64,000 nucleotides of DNA from Elusimicrobiota bacterium (GCA_030651035.1 JAUSCK010000173.1:4177-68176); one strand, 5' to 3'. Counted from the first letter of the stretch, positions 9,477 through 19,358 are shown. Notes: generated by a model from the sequence alone, not told the origin. A program made the numbers and translations.

Positions 9477-11039
9477 TTATTTTGGAGCAATCTTGAGAAC
9501 ATAACGAGCGCCTCTTCCTTTCCCTATAGGGTCTAGTAGGCCATGTTGAGTTAAGCCGACGAGATCACGGTTGGCGGTGTCCCGTGCCACATTAAATGTC
9601 TTTCGGCACCAGCCGCTGGTCACGGAACCGGTCTGTTGTGCTTCAATCATGATTCCCTTTTGACGTTCGTTGAGCTTAGCCTCAACCGCCGGAGTTACCA
9701 GCCCCGTAGAATAGGCGGGTGTTTTTATTCTGTCGTAATTACCGGCCGGTCCGGGCAGAGTGACCACAAAAAAGCCGTCCTGCTGCTCTATTTTAGGCTC
9801 GTCCAGCCCATGGTTGAGCATGGCCTCGCGCATTCGGGCAAAACCGGTACCACGCTGCTCCATTATGGACAGCGTGGCCAGCGTTTGGGCAATTAAAGGA
9901 TTGCGTGAGCACGGCCGGTAGCCGCCCCGGCGGAGCTTGGCCAGCGTAAGAGGCTGGGGCGGGTAACCAGGGCTTGCTACTTCAATATGGTCACGGAAAA
10001 TACGGATGAAAATCTTCCGTGAGGTGTCGTCGTAGCTGCGATGCGCCACCGCATTGACCAGGATCTCGCGCAGGGCGGAGACCGGATATTCATTTAGCCG
10101 CACGTTGTTCAGGCCCACCACCCGGTGCGGATGAAACGTGTGGTCGTCAACAAATTTGAGCGCCTGCTCCAGGGCGAGTGACAATGGCGCGTTGATGCCG
10201 ATCTGCCCCTTTGGCCGGCCTGTTACCCGGATGTCATCGTAGGCATCGGCCAGAATTTCACTATGAGGAAATCGGTTGGCCGGACGCTGTCCAAACAGAA
10301 GATACGCTGCCGCGGTCGCCAGGAATTTATCAGACTTAGGTGTGCGTACGGCCAGGCCGCGGGCATGCAAGGCCTGTCCGGGCGACCTAAAATCCTGTTC
10401 CGCCGTGTTCGCCGCTGTGCAACGGTTGAACTTCTTAAGCAGCTCCTGGTCCAGCAACTCGGTATAAACATCGGAGAGCACGGCAGATTCAAACGTTGAG
10501 GCTGCTTCGATCAGTTGTTCGCCCTCGTTCATTTCGGCGACAGTCGCCCGGATGCCGAACATTTCAGCCATGATCCGCTGTAGGGCCTGCAACATCAGAG
10601 GCTTTAAATCCTCCCGGTCGTGGAACCGTTTGTAGGTGTAGCCGTCCTTTTTAGTCTCGGCAATCAGCGCCCGGACCTCCGGCGAACGGGTGTCATCTTT
10701 GGCGCCCTTGAGAAACACAACGGTCGGCAACTTTAAGCGCTGCGCCAGCCGATATTCGTGGTGCGTGGCGGAAATCTCGCCATCGGGCTGGCCATATTCA
10801 TTTGCGATCATAAGCACGTAAACGGCGCAGCTATGCAGGGCTTCAAGATAAGGCTGCTTCGCCGGAAGGGGCGGCGGTGGTTCATTCTCGAAGAGCACGG
10901 GCACGCTATGTTGGAGCAGAAAAGGGTCGGTGGAAATCAGTCCGGCCACCGTCGCCCGTTCAAGCTCCAATTCCTTTTGCACTGAACTGATGAATATCCG
11001 GAGGGGTTTTATGCCTGTAGTGTTTGCCTTCCTGCTCAT
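9477..11039 (-). CDS. DUF4062 domain plus RecG-C/HATPase-like ATP-binding domain plus wHTH protein
   Basis: RIFISSVQKELELER; LREILVNAVAHRSY; SRNPLIA; EQRGTG; GGAGG RBS before ATG 11039. Confidence 0.8.
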   Translation of the reverse strand: MSRKANTTGIKPLRIFISSVQKELELERATVAGLISTDPFLLQHSVPVLFENEPPPPLPAKQPYLEALHSCAVYVLMIANEYGQPDGEISATHHEYRLAQRLKLPTVVFLKGAKDDTRSPEVRALIAETKKDGYTYKRFHDREDLKPLMLQALQRIMAEMFGIRATVAEMNEGEQLIEAASTFESAVLSDVYTELLDQELLKKFNRCTAANTAEQDFRSPGQALHARGLAVRTPKSDKFLATAAAYLLFGQRPANRFPHSEILADAYDDIRVTGRPKGQIGINAPLSLALEQALKFVDDHTFHPHRVVGLNNVRLNEYPVSALREILVNAVAHRSYDDTSRKIFIRIFRDHIEVASPGYPPQPLTLAKLRRGGYRPCSRNPLIAQTLATLSIMEQRGTGFARMREAMLNHGLDEPKIEQQDGFFVVTLPGPAGNYDRIKTPAYSTGLVTPAVEAKLNERQKGIMIEAQQTGSVTSGWCRKTFNVARDTANRDLVGLTQHGLLDPIGKGRGARYVLKIAPK

Positions 11040-11074
11040 GGCTGGACCTCCAGTTGATTGAGATTTCCTTATAG

Positions 11075-11107
11075 AATATACCATGTCGCTGTGACAAAGG
11101 CTTGTCG
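11075..11107 (-). promoter_or_regulatory. CGACA-N6-TGTCA palindrome, 11 nt, then -10 TATATT
   Basis: Minus strand CGACAagccttTGTCA-cagcgacatgg-TATATT. Confidence 0.75.
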
Positions 11108-11147
11108 CACACTTAAAAATTATCACTTTGCGGCCAGGCCGCTGTAT

Positions 11148-14100
11148 TTAAACTCCCAGGAACTTCGCCGTACTCCCGGTTTTGCCCGGGGTTATTTCCA
11201 GCCTGGTTTCTACCAGGGTTTTGAGTTCCTGGACGTGGGAGATTATGCCTACCAGGCGGCCGTCTTTGCGGATTTCATCCAGGGCGCGCATGGTCAGGTC
11301 CAGGGTGTCCGAGTCAAGGCTGCCGAAGCCTTCGTCTATAAAGATGGTGTCCATCTTTACGCCGCCGGCGTAGCCCTGCGCGACGTCGGATAGCCCCAGG
11401 GCGAGCGAAAGCGAGGCCAGGAAGCTTTCACCGCCTGAGAGGTTGGCGGCCGGCCTTGAAGTGCCCGTATAGCTGTCGAACACCTCCAGCTCAAGGCCGC
11501 CGGCACTGCGGCCGTCTGAAAGCTCCCGGAGGCGGCGCAGGCTGAACCTGCCCTGGCTCATTATATTCAGCCGGTCGGAAGCCTGGAGCAGGACATCGTC
11601 CAGGAAGCCCGCCAGGACAAAGCGCTGGAAAGACAGGTTCCAGCTGTTTTTCCCGTTGGCAACATTGGCCACCTGGCCATACACCGCGAACTCCTGGGAA
11701 AGCTTGGCAATTTCTTTCTGCTCTTTGGCTACGGCGGCAAAGACGCGGTTTGATTCGGCCAGCGCGGCCTCCGCTTCCGCCAGAATCTTCTGGGAACCCT
11801 CGGCCGCTGCTTCAGCTACTTCTGAATCTGCTGTTGTCTTTGCCAGGTTGGGGCGTTTAAGATCTTTGACCCCGGCTTTGGCGCGGTCGGAACGGTTTTT
11901 GGCGGAGGCCAGGGCTTTGCCGTGGTCGTCTATAGCCTTCTTCAGGTCTTTGCGGGCCCGCTCTTCCAGTTTTGCGGCTTCATAATCCTTTTCACCGCTG
12001 AAGCCGCCTTTGGTTATAGCGGAAATAAAATCCTTTTTTTGTTTTACAGCCGCGGCCGCGGCTTTTACAACGGTAGACTTGGCCAGGTCTGTTTTTTTAG
12101 CCGCGCCGGAATGCTCCTCGCCGGCTTTCTTGTCCGCAGCCTTAGCCTTTTTAAAGGCCTCTGTGAGTTGCGCGGCCTCTTCCTCTGTTTTTTCTATGGC
12201 GGCCTCAAGGCTGTCCAGGTCTGAGATGCCCTTGGGCAGGCGCTGGCGGGCGGACACGGCTTCAGCCTTCAGGCCGGAGGCTTTTTCCCTCTCGGCGCTC
12301 AGGGCTGTTGTTTTTTTCTTTTGGCTGGCTTCAAGTGAAAACCTGGCGTTTTTGGCGCCGGTTAGTTTTTCTTTGGCGGTTTCACCGGCTTTTATAGCCG
12401 CTTTTAATTCGGCGACTTTGTCTTTTAAGGTTTCCAGGCGGCCGGCTGATGCGCGCCAGCCTTTGGGGCCCTCGGCTATAACGGCTTCTTCCGACTCTAT
12501 GGTGGCCTTAAGGGCGGCCAGGGCGCTTTCGGCTTCGCCAAGGCGCTTGTTTTCCTGGTCCAGCTCTTCCCTGGCTTCCTTTAAACGGGCTTCTATTGCG
12601 GCCCTTTCATCTTCAGGCAGCGCGCCTTTGGTGGCGGCAGGCTTAGGGTGCTCTTTTGAGCCGCAAACCGGACAAGGGACGCCGTCCTCGAGTGCGGCGG
12701 CCAGGTGGGCGGCGAAGACGCGCTCCAGTTTAGCTATAGCCGCGGTGTGCTCCGCTTCTATCTTTTCAACTTTTGCTTTCTTTTTTGTGACGGAATCGGA
12801 CAGGGAGTCTTTGCCGGCTTTGAGGACCTTACGCTTTTCCTCTAAGCCGCTTAACTTCTCTGAAGACTTGGAAAGGCGTTTTTCCAGTTCCAGCTGGCTT
12901 TCGGCCGCGGATAAGGCTTTGGAGGCTTCCCCGGCTTTGTCCTTTGTGGTTTCTAAAAGCGCGATGTCTTTTTCTACAAAGCACAGTTCCTGTTTAAGCG
13001 CTTCGGCTTCGTCATTATATTTAGCGCAGGCCTGCTGCGCGGCTTCAAGCGCGGCGGCTTTGGAAGAATATTCCTTCAGCACCGGCTTCAGATCTTTTAA
13101 CTTGGAAGCGGCGGCCTCTAAGTCTTTAATGCGCGGCTCGGCTTTTTCGGCTTTTTCCAGGTCCTTCTTAGCTTTTAGCCCGGCGGCTTCAGCTTCTTTA
13201 AGCTCCTGCAGGCTTTCAGCTTCTTCCTCTTTGGTTTTGGACAGAAGACGCTCGCTCTCCTGCCAGAGCGCCTCGTAAGACTTGAAGGAAACTGTTTTGT
13301 CAGCCCGCTCCAGGGCTTTCTTCTGATCCTCTATTTCAGCCTCGACGGCCTCTATGCCTTTAAGCTCCGCGGCGGCCGCGTCTAATTCTTTGAACTTCGC
13401 TTCGCAGGCCTGCGCTTCCTGCAAAGCTTTACGGGCGGCCTGGGCCGCTTTTTTATCTTCGGAGGCGAGCTGGTCTTTGCCGGTTTTTCCGGCTTTCTGG
13501 GTTTCTATTTTTTCTTTAAGCTGCTCTTCTGTTTCCACTTCGGCGTTAGCCAAGGCGCCTTTCATTGCCGACGAGATTTCAGCCAGCTGGCTTACTAAAG
13601 CGTCCGCTTTTATTTTGAGGGCGTCCTGTATCAGTTTGTAATAGCCTGTTTTGAAGAGGGCTTCCAGGATGGGCTCCCTGTCTTTGGCGCCGGCTGAAAG
13701 GAATTTCTGGAACTTGTTCTGCGGCAGCATTATGATCTGGGTGAACTGGTCGGCCTTCAGGCCCAGCAGGGCCTCTACCCGCTCCGTGCATTCGGTGCTG
13801 GACAGGTCGCCGGACAATTTCCAGTCCCCGCTTGTGTACTCCCAAAGCGCGGCCTCGCCCTGGCTGCCCGTGAAGCCTTCCCCGCGTTTTTTCTTAACCT
13901 GCTGGGAGGGGGCGCGGCGTACTTTGTACTTTTTACTGCCCAGGGAGAACTCGAACACCACGGAGACCTCGGTGCCTTTCTCGGCGAAGTCGCTGGCCAT
14001 CCTGTCGCCCTGGCGCTCCTGGCCGGAGGTTTTGCCGAACAGGGCGTAGCAGATGGCGTCCAGGATGGTGGTTTTGCCTGAGCCGGTTGGCCCGGTGATC

Positions 14101-14195
14101 AGGAACAAAGACTTTTCGCCCAGGGCGGTAAAATCTATTACCGTGCCGGACTTGTAAGGGCCGAAAGCGTTTATCTCGAGTTTAATGGGTCTCAT
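11148..14195 (-). CDS. sbcC: SbcC / Rad50-like SMC ATPase
   Basis: GPTGSGKT, zinc hook CPVC, long coiled coil, LSGGE, FIDEGFGSLD. Confidence 0.95.
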   Translation of the reverse strand: MRPIKLEINAFGPYKSGTVIDFTALGEKSLFLITGPTGSGKTTILDAICYALFGKTSGQERQGDRMASDFAEKGTEVSVVFEFSLGSKKYKVRRAPSQQVKKKRGEGFTGSQGEAALWEYTSGDWKLSGDLSSTECTERVEALLGLKADQFTQIIMLPQNKFQKFLSAGAKDREPILEALFKTGYYKLIQDALKIKADALVSQLAEISSAMKGALANAEVETEEQLKEKIETQKAGKTGKDQLASEDKKAAQAARKALQEAQACEAKFKELDAAAAELKGIEAVEAEIEDQKKALERADKTVSFKSYEALWQESERLLSKTKEEEAESLQELKEAEAAGLKAKKDLEKAEKAEPRIKDLEAAASKLKDLKPVLKEYSSKAAALEAAQQACAKYNDEAEALKQELCFVEKDIALLETTKDKAGEASKALSAAESQLELEKRLSKSSEKLSGLEEKRKVLKAGKDSLSDSVTKKKAKVEKIEAEHTAAIAKLERVFAAHLAAALEDGVPCPVCGSKEHPKPAATKGALPEDERAAIEARLKEAREELDQENKRLGEAESALAALKATIESEEAVIAEGPKGWRASAGRLETLKDKVAELKAAIKAGETAKEKLTGAKNARFSLEASQKKKTTALSAEREKASGLKAEAVSARQRLPKGISDLDSLEAAIEKTEEEAAQLTEAFKKAKAADKKAGEEHSGAAKKTDLAKSTVVKAAAAAVKQKKDFISAITKGGFSGEKDYEAAKLEERARKDLKKAIDDHGKALASAKNRSDRAKAGVKDLKRPNLAKTTADSEVAEAAAEGSQKILAEAEAALAESNRVFAAVAKEQKEIAKLSQEFAVYGQVANVANGKNSWNLSFQRFVLAGFLDDVLLQASDRLNIMSQGRFSLRRLRELSDGRSAGGLELEVFDSYTGTSRPAANLSGGESFLASLSLALGLSDVAQGYAGGVKMDTIFIDEGFGSLDSDTLDLTMRALDEIRKDGRLVGIISHVQELKTLVETRLEITPGKTGSTAKFLGV

Positions 14196-14323
14196 TCTTC
14201 TTCCCCCTGCCCTTTTTCAGCCGCGGCTACGCCTTCTTTAAAGGCGGCCGCCTGGTCGCCTACCAGGCGGTTTTCGAACAGGAGTTTGCCCAAATGCCAG
14301 TCGGATGTATGAATGAATCTCAT
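14192..14323 (-). pseudogene. sbcD: Hollowed-out sbcD (43 aa): first codons fused in frame to last codons
   Basis: MRFIHTSDWHLGKLLFENRLVGDQ|AAAFKEGVAAAEKGQGEEE*; stop overlaps the sbcC ATG. Confidence 0.9.
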
Positions 14324-14333
14324 AGTATGAGTA

Positions 14334-14366
14334 ATTATAGCGGCGAGGTATGACAAGGGGTTGTCG
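14334..14366 (-). promoter_or_regulatory. CGACA-N6-TGTCA palindrome, 11 nt, then TATAAT
   Basis: Minus strand CGACAaccccttGTCA-tacctcgccgc-TATAAT. Confidence 0.8.
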
Positions 14367-14390
14367 CTGGTGGGACGGATCCCGCGCTGG

Positions 14391-15554
14391 CTATAGCTCC
14401 AGGAGGCCGAAAATATCCTGCCAGGGCACGATCTTTATACCGTCCAGCAGCCGCGCGCGCGGCACCGGCGCCGCGCAGAAAAGGGACGCCTCCGGGAAAT
14501 CCCGCCCAAACGATTTAAGCCCCCTGAGCCGGGCGGAGTCAGGGGCGCGCGAGGATTTTATCTCTATCGCAAAAATCTTGCCTGCCGGAGTTTCAATTAT
14601 CAGGTCCACCTCAGCGCCGTCTTTTGTTCTGTAAAAAGACATAGTGTAATCTTTGCCGGCGTAATCAATGAGCCTGGCTATCTCGCAAACTATAAAATGC
14701 TCAAAGACGTCCCCGTACTCCGAAGTTCCCGGGTGGAGCGGGACCGAAAGCTTACCGCACACGGCCCGGTGGACACCTGTGTCGAAAAAGTAGAATTTTG
14801 GGTGCTTGGCAAGCTGTTTCCGGGCCGACTTGGTGAATGCCGGCAGCAAAAAGCCTATCAGGGTGTCCTGCAGCACCTGGAAATACTCCTGCACTGTCTT
14901 GTAGCTAATCCCGGTTTCCTTGGCAATATTGGAGTAGTTAAGAATGTTTCCGTTTTCAAAAGCGGCCAGCGGAAGAAAGCGCAGGAAGGCGCCTATATTG
15001 CGGGTTATAGCTTCGGCGGCTATCTCTTCCTGCAAATAAGTGTTCACATACGCTTTTAGGGACCTGTGCGCGGACTCTTCATTTTCCTCAGAATAAATGC
15101 TTGGCAAAGTTCCTATTCGCAGCGCTTTATCAAGCGAGAAAAGCGGCCCACACTCAAGGTGGGTCAGCGGGTGGAGGTGGCAGGTCCAGGCCCTGCCCGC
15201 CAGCAGGTTGGCCTGCGCCCTTTTCAATTTTCGCGCGCTTGAACCGCTTAGGCAGAACACGGGAGGCTTTCCCGGGGATGTCATTATTGACTGCACTTCG
15301 TTCAGCAACTGTGGTACGCGCTGTACCTCGTCAATTATGACATGGGTTTTGCTTTTATCACGCGCCAGGACTTCCTCCCGGAACAGGGACGGGTTCGCCG
15401 CCAGCCTGGTATATTCGTCAGATTTTAAAAGATCATAGTAAATGGTTTCCGCTTCGGAGAAGGTTTTTCTCAACAGGGTGCTTTTGCCGGTTTGCCGCGG
15501 GCCAAACAGGAAGAAGCTTTTATCTCTTGGAAGTTCTAATCTTCTTTTAAACAT
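14391..15554 (-). CDS. AAA_14 ATPase with DUF4143 domain
   Basis: GPRQTGKST, IIDEVQ, KFYFFDTG, EVDLII...IEIK. Confidence 0.9.
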   Translation of the reverse strand: MFKRRLELPRDKSFFLFGPRQTGKSTLLRKTFSEAETIYYDLLKSDEYTRLAANPSLFREEVLARDKSKTHVIIDEVQRVPQLLNEVQSIMTSPGKPPVFCLSGSSARKLKRAQANLLAGRAWTCHLHPLTHLECGPLFSLDKALRIGTLPSIYSEENEESAHRSLKAYVNTYLQEEIAAEAITRNIGAFLRFLPLAAFENGNILNYSNIAKETGISYKTVQEYFQVLQDTLIGFLLPAFTKSARKQLAKHPKFYFFDTGVHRAVCGKLSVPLHPGTSEYGDVFEHFIVCEIARLIDYAGKDYTMSFYRTKDGAEVDLIIETPAGKIFAIEIKSSRAPDSARLRGLKSFGRDFPEASLFCAAPVPRARLLDGIKIVPWQDIFGLLEL

Positions 15555-15587
15555 ATAGCTCTATTATACCGTCTTATTTAGAGGCGG

Positions 15588-15791
15588 TCAACCTATTTCA
15601 GCTAGCATTTGTATGTTTTTCATTTATCCGCCGGCGCCGCAAACCGTGCCCCCAACTCCTTCGCGGCAAGAGCCTTCTCCCTGGCGAGGCCGACCCTAAT
15701 GGCATCGATCAGAGCGAGGAGCTCGTATAATTTCCTGTCATTTTCGGCGGCCAGGGCCGAAGGCGTTTATCTCTAGTTTAATGGGTCTCAT
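15588..15791 (-). pseudogene. Gene stubs: sbcC start (MRPIKLEINAFG), C-terminus of a conserved protein (KLYELLALIDAIRVG...), and the start of its coupled partner (MKNIQMLAEI)
   Basis: 15756-15791 duplicates the sbcC 5' end; the other two stubs are joined by an ATGA overlap. Confidence 0.6.
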
Positions 15792-16933
15792 TCTTCTTCC
15801 CCCTGCGCTTTTTCAGCCACGGCTACGCCTTCTTTAAAGGCGGCCGCCTGCTCTTTGGACAGCTCAGCCGGGGTAACCTGCTTATAGAACGAGGTGAAAA
15901 GTTCCAGCGGGCCTTTACCGCACTGTTCGCGGGTCATGGCGACACCGGCGGACGGGGCGAAGAGCGGCCTTTCTATATGCAGGGTATTGGGATAAACTTC
16001 GCGGAGGCGGCCCATGGCGTCGAACACGGGGCCGTCGTCCAGGACCCTGGCTAAAATATAATCATCGCTGCGCTTGTCGCCGCGGCCGGCTTTAATTATT
16101 TCGTCAAGCTTGCCTTCTACAACACGCAGCTCCCGGCGCAGGGTTATGGGGATATCTTTCAGGGCGCAAGCGCCTTTGGCGTCTATTTCGCCCAGGATGA
16201 ACCGCTTTTTATGGTCTTTTTCGGAGAAGGAATATTTATAAAGGGAGCCGGAATAGACGATATTGTCCGCCTGCTTCTGGGGACCGTGCAGATGGCCCAG
16301 CGCGGTATAGCTGAAGCCCGAGAAAATGCTTTTATCCACAGCTTCGCTGCCGCCGATGGAGAGCGGGCGCTCTGATTCGCTGGTGGCGCCGCCGGTCAGG
16401 AAGACGTGGGCTAGGGCTACCGAGCGGGTGTTTTTGGGGTGGGCAGCTTTCAGGCGCGCAACCAGGGCGGCGAGGCCGGCGTTCTGGTCTTTCAGGCTTG
16501 CGTCTTTAAGGCGGTCGCGGAAGAGTTCGGTGCCGGCATAGGGGAGAGGATAGACCAGGACTTTTCCGTGCTTGTCCTGCAGTTCTACCGGTGAGATATC
16601 GGCTTTCAGGTCGCCGCGGATGAAGAGGTTGTTTGATTCAAAGACCCTTGAGCCGAAGTCCAGGCGCTCGGGGCTATCGTGGTTGCCGGCGATGAGGATG
16701 ACGGGGATTTTCAGGGTGAGGACCAGCGTGGACAGGGTTTCGTCGCAAAGCTGCACGGCTTCCGGCGGCGGGACGGCCCGGTCATAAATATCTCCGGAGA
16801 TGAAGATGGCGTCGGGCTTTTCGGCCTTGGCGAGTTCAAGAAGCTGGGCTAAGGCATGGGCCTGGTCGTCTATCAGGCGGTTCTCGAATAGGAGTTTACC
16901 CAGGTGCCAGTCGGATGTGTGGATGAATTTCAT
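15788..16933 (-). CDS. sbcD: SbcD / Mre11-like metallophosphoesterase nuclease
   Basis: HTSDWHLG, GDIYD, GNHD, LGHLH; start ATG 16933. Confidence 0.95.
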   Translation of the reverse strand: MKFIHTSDWHLGKLLFENRLIDDQAHALAQLLELAKAEKPDAIFISGDIYDRAVPPPEAVQLCDETLSTLVLTLKIPVILIAGNHDSPERLDFGSRVFESNNLFIRGDLKADISPVELQDKHGKVLVYPLPYAGTELFRDRLKDASLKDQNAGLAALVARLKAAHPKNTRSVALAHVFLTGGATSESERPLSIGGSEAVDKSIFSGFSYTALGHLHGPQKQADNIVYSGSLYKYSFSEKDHKKRFILGEIDAKGACALKDIPITLRRELRVVEGKLDEIIKAGRGDKRSDDYILARVLDDGPVFDAMGRLREVYPNTLHIERPLFAPSAGVAMTREQCGKGPLELFTSFYKQVTPAELSKEQAAAFKEGVAVAEKAQGEEE

Positions 16934-16943
16934 AGTATGAGTA

Positions 16944-16976
16944 ATTATAGCGCTGCCCTGCGACAAGGGGTTGTCG
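16944..16976 (-). promoter_or_regulatory. CGACA-N6-TGTCG palindrome, 11 nt, then TATAAT
   Basis: Minus strand CGACAaccccttGTCG-cagggcagcgc-TATAAT upstream of sbcD. Confidence 0.8.
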
Positions 16977-17024
16977 CTGGGCTACCTATCTCAGTTAACC
17001 CAGCGCACTCGTACCCTGCCCAGG

Positions 17025-17051
17025 TTTAAGGTCACAAATTGTGACCTTAAA
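17025..17051. repeat. Perfect inverted repeat with 13-bp arms
   Basis: TTTAAGGTCACAA-A-TTGTGACCTTAAA; minus strand reads LRSQFVTL. Confidence 0.8.
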
Positions 17052-17075
17052 GCCATACAGACTCTGTTTTATCCC

Positions 17076-19358
17076 TTAGTTTACAAGAAAGGCCTTTACC
17101 CAGGCCTGCAGGGACTGGCCTTTTATCTTGAGCTGGGTTTTTGCCGTTTCCACGGCCAGCCAGTCGCGGGTTTTTTCCAGCATCGGCTCCCATTCGCTGC
17201 GGCGGGCGGCGTATTTTGCTTCCAGCGTTTTAAGGATCACCATTGTGAAGGCCAGGACCTGGTCTTTGGCGCTGGCGCCGGCAAGGGCTTTTTGGAAGCC
17301 GGCCCAGTTAAGGCCCAGCATGTGGAAGATCGATTCCTGCAGGGCAAAACCGCCTTCCAGGCGCTGACAGCCGAGTATTATGAGAAGGTCGTCCTGCGGC
17401 GGAGTAAAGGACGGGATCGACATGCTCATCCTGGCACGCGGACGACTGATCATTCCCGGTTTATATTCAGCCATGCTGGACTGTAGGTTGAAGCAGCGCT
17501 TCATACTCATAGCCCGGGGAGCGGCGACGCTCATAGACATGGACATATTCATGTCGCAGTCGCATACTTCATTTAAGGCCCCCCAGCCTTTTACCGGGAC
17601 CACCGCTATTTGGCGCAGGGCGATTTCGCCTTTCTGTTTTTCGCCGGCTTTTCTTTCCTGCACGCCCACAAAACTGGTGCCGGCGCTGGCCAGGGTGTAT
17701 TCTTTGGCAAGGGCGACGGCCTCGCTTTCCTTTCCGGCGCTTTCCAGCTCTCTTACTTTAGCGCGGGCCCAGAGAACAGAAAGTGGGGCAAAAGAGTTTT
17801 CCACCTGCGCGACGGCGATCTTGAAAGATTGCTTTTTGCCGGCGAACTCGCCGCTAAACTCTACTGTTTCGGGCAGCTTGCCTTTTGGAAGCCTGAGATA
17901 AAAAGAATCGAAACCGCCGGTAAAGATAACGGAGGGAACGCCGGAGGGCTCGGCGGTTTTCACGCCGCAATCTACTTTTACTTCCGACAGACAGCCGCCT
18001 CTGATGGCGCCGTAGAGCCTGAGCATAGGCGGCTCGATGCGCTCCGCGGGGGCTATCATTAGGGAAAGCCCTTTGCCGGCGCGGGAGGCGCTTTTAAGCA
18101 GATGCTCGTTGGGGCCGTGACCGATGCCCACAAGGTGCAGGCGGGTTCCGGCAGAGTTCTTTGTCTGCGCTACGGCAGCGATGTCTGATTCGTTGCCGAT
18201 GTCGCCGTCGGTCAGGACTATGATGTCCCTGTCTTTTGAAGGCGCGCTGTAAATATCACGCAGCGGGGCCAGCAGCTCGGTGCCGCCCAGGTCGGCCTGC
18301 ACTTTATTAAGCCATTGCAGGGCCAAGGAGAGGGAATCTTTGTCCATGGCGAGGGAGGAGGCGAACAGCTTTTCGAAGGAAGAGCCGAACCTGTAGACGT
18401 TAAACTTGTTGCCGGGCGCCAGGCTTTTTAAAAGTATTTGCAGCGCCTGCTTAGACTGACTTATTGAATCCCCCTGCATGGAGCCGGAGCAGTCCAGCAC
18501 GAAAACCAGCTCGGAGGCGGGTTTCTTAAGCGTTAGTTTCTGCGCAGGCAATGAGAAATCTACGCCGAGGTAGGAGTAGTTTTTATCCGCGGCACAGTAG
18601 GCGCGGGTTTTGGCCGCGTCTTCAAGCTGGAGGTCCAGGATAAAATCCTGGTCCATCGGGACCAGGTCGCCGGAGAGGCTCACTATGGTTTTGCCGCCTT
18701 TGAAGACCGTCTTCACGCGGTGGGAATGGGATTCTATCCCTTTCAGGTCGGCCTTATTTTCAATAACCACTTCGATCTCTATGCCGTAGGGCACGGACAG
18801 GGCGAAAGGCGGGTTTAGCTGGGCGTCCACTGGGATGCCGTCTTTGTCCGGCATTTTCGCGGGCACGTAGCGCGGGCCTATGGCGGTGGGCAGGAAGAAG
18901 CGCATGGCGCCGCCGCGGTACTCCAGGCGGGAGACCAGCTCTGTTTCTATTACCGCCTCCTGGCCGGGCAGCAGGTTGCCGGCTGAAATTGTGAAGAGGT
19001 TGGGCCTTTCTTCGTCCAGCAGGTAGGCGGAATTGCCCTTTTCCAGGGCCTTGTCGTAAAGGTCGTAGGCTTTCCGGCGCTCTTCGGCCGCGCCGGTTAT
19101 TATTTTGCCGCCGGTTTCTATCCTGAAGCCGCAGACCGCGGCGTCGGCTGGCAGCGGGAACTTGTAAATGGCCTCTATGACTATTTTCTCGTCGTTGCGG
19201 AAGCGCTGGCGGAGCACTGTCCTGGCGCCGCTGCCGATTATTACGGTCCTGGCGCTTACGCCGGTGAGCGGCACTTTGTGGTTTTCTTCCGAAAGCAGGT
19301 CTACGGCATTCAGAATTTCGGCTTTAGTGTTCTTTAGTTTTGAAATATCTATTTTCAT
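17076..19358 (-). CDS. VIT domain plus von Willebrand A domain protein
   Basis: IEAIYKFPLP (VIT); MIDAS DCSGSM; GGTE; LTDG. Confidence 0.9.
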   Translation of the reverse strand: MKIDISKLKNTKAEILNAVDLLSEENHKVPLTGVSARTVIIGSGARTVLRQRFRNDEKIVIEAIYKFPLPADAAVCGFRIETGGKIITGAAEERRKAYDLYDKALEKGNSAYLLDEERPNLFTISAGNLLPGQEAVIETELVSRLEYRGGAMRFFLPTAIGPRYVPAKMPDKDGIPVDAQLNPPFALSVPYGIEIEVVIENKADLKGIESHSHRVKTVFKGGKTIVSLSGDLVPMDQDFILDLQLEDAAKTRAYCAADKNYSYLGVDFSLPAQKLTLKKPASELVFVLDCSGSMQGDSISQSKQALQILLKSLAPGNKFNVYRFGSSFEKLFASSLAMDKDSLSLALQWLNKVQADLGGTELLAPLRDIYSAPSKDRDIIVLTDGDIGNESDIAAVAQTKNSAGTRLHLVGIGHGPNEHLLKSASRAGKGLSLMIAPAERIEPPMLRLYGAIRGGCLSEVKVDCGVKTAEPSGVPSVIFTGGFDSFYLRLPKGKLPETVEFSGEFAGKKQSFKIAVAQVENSFAPLSVLWARAKVRELESAGKESEAVALAKEYTLASAGTSFVGVQERKAGEKQKGEIALRQIAVVPVKGWGALNEVCDCDMNMSMSMSVAAPRAMSMKRCFNLQSSMAEYKPGMISRPRARMSMSIPSFTPPQDDLLIILGCQRLEGGFALQESIFHMLGLNWAGFQKALAGASAKDQVLAFTMVILKTLEAKYAARRSEWEPMLEKTRDWLAVETAKTQLKIKGQSLQAWVKAFLVN

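Noticed and set aside
12010..13278. 422-aa plus-strand ORF and similar long antisense ORFs (6126-7253, 21809-22813, 24731-25684, 26108-26896)
   Set aside because: Shadows of well-supported genes in GC-rich DNA with no motifs of their own
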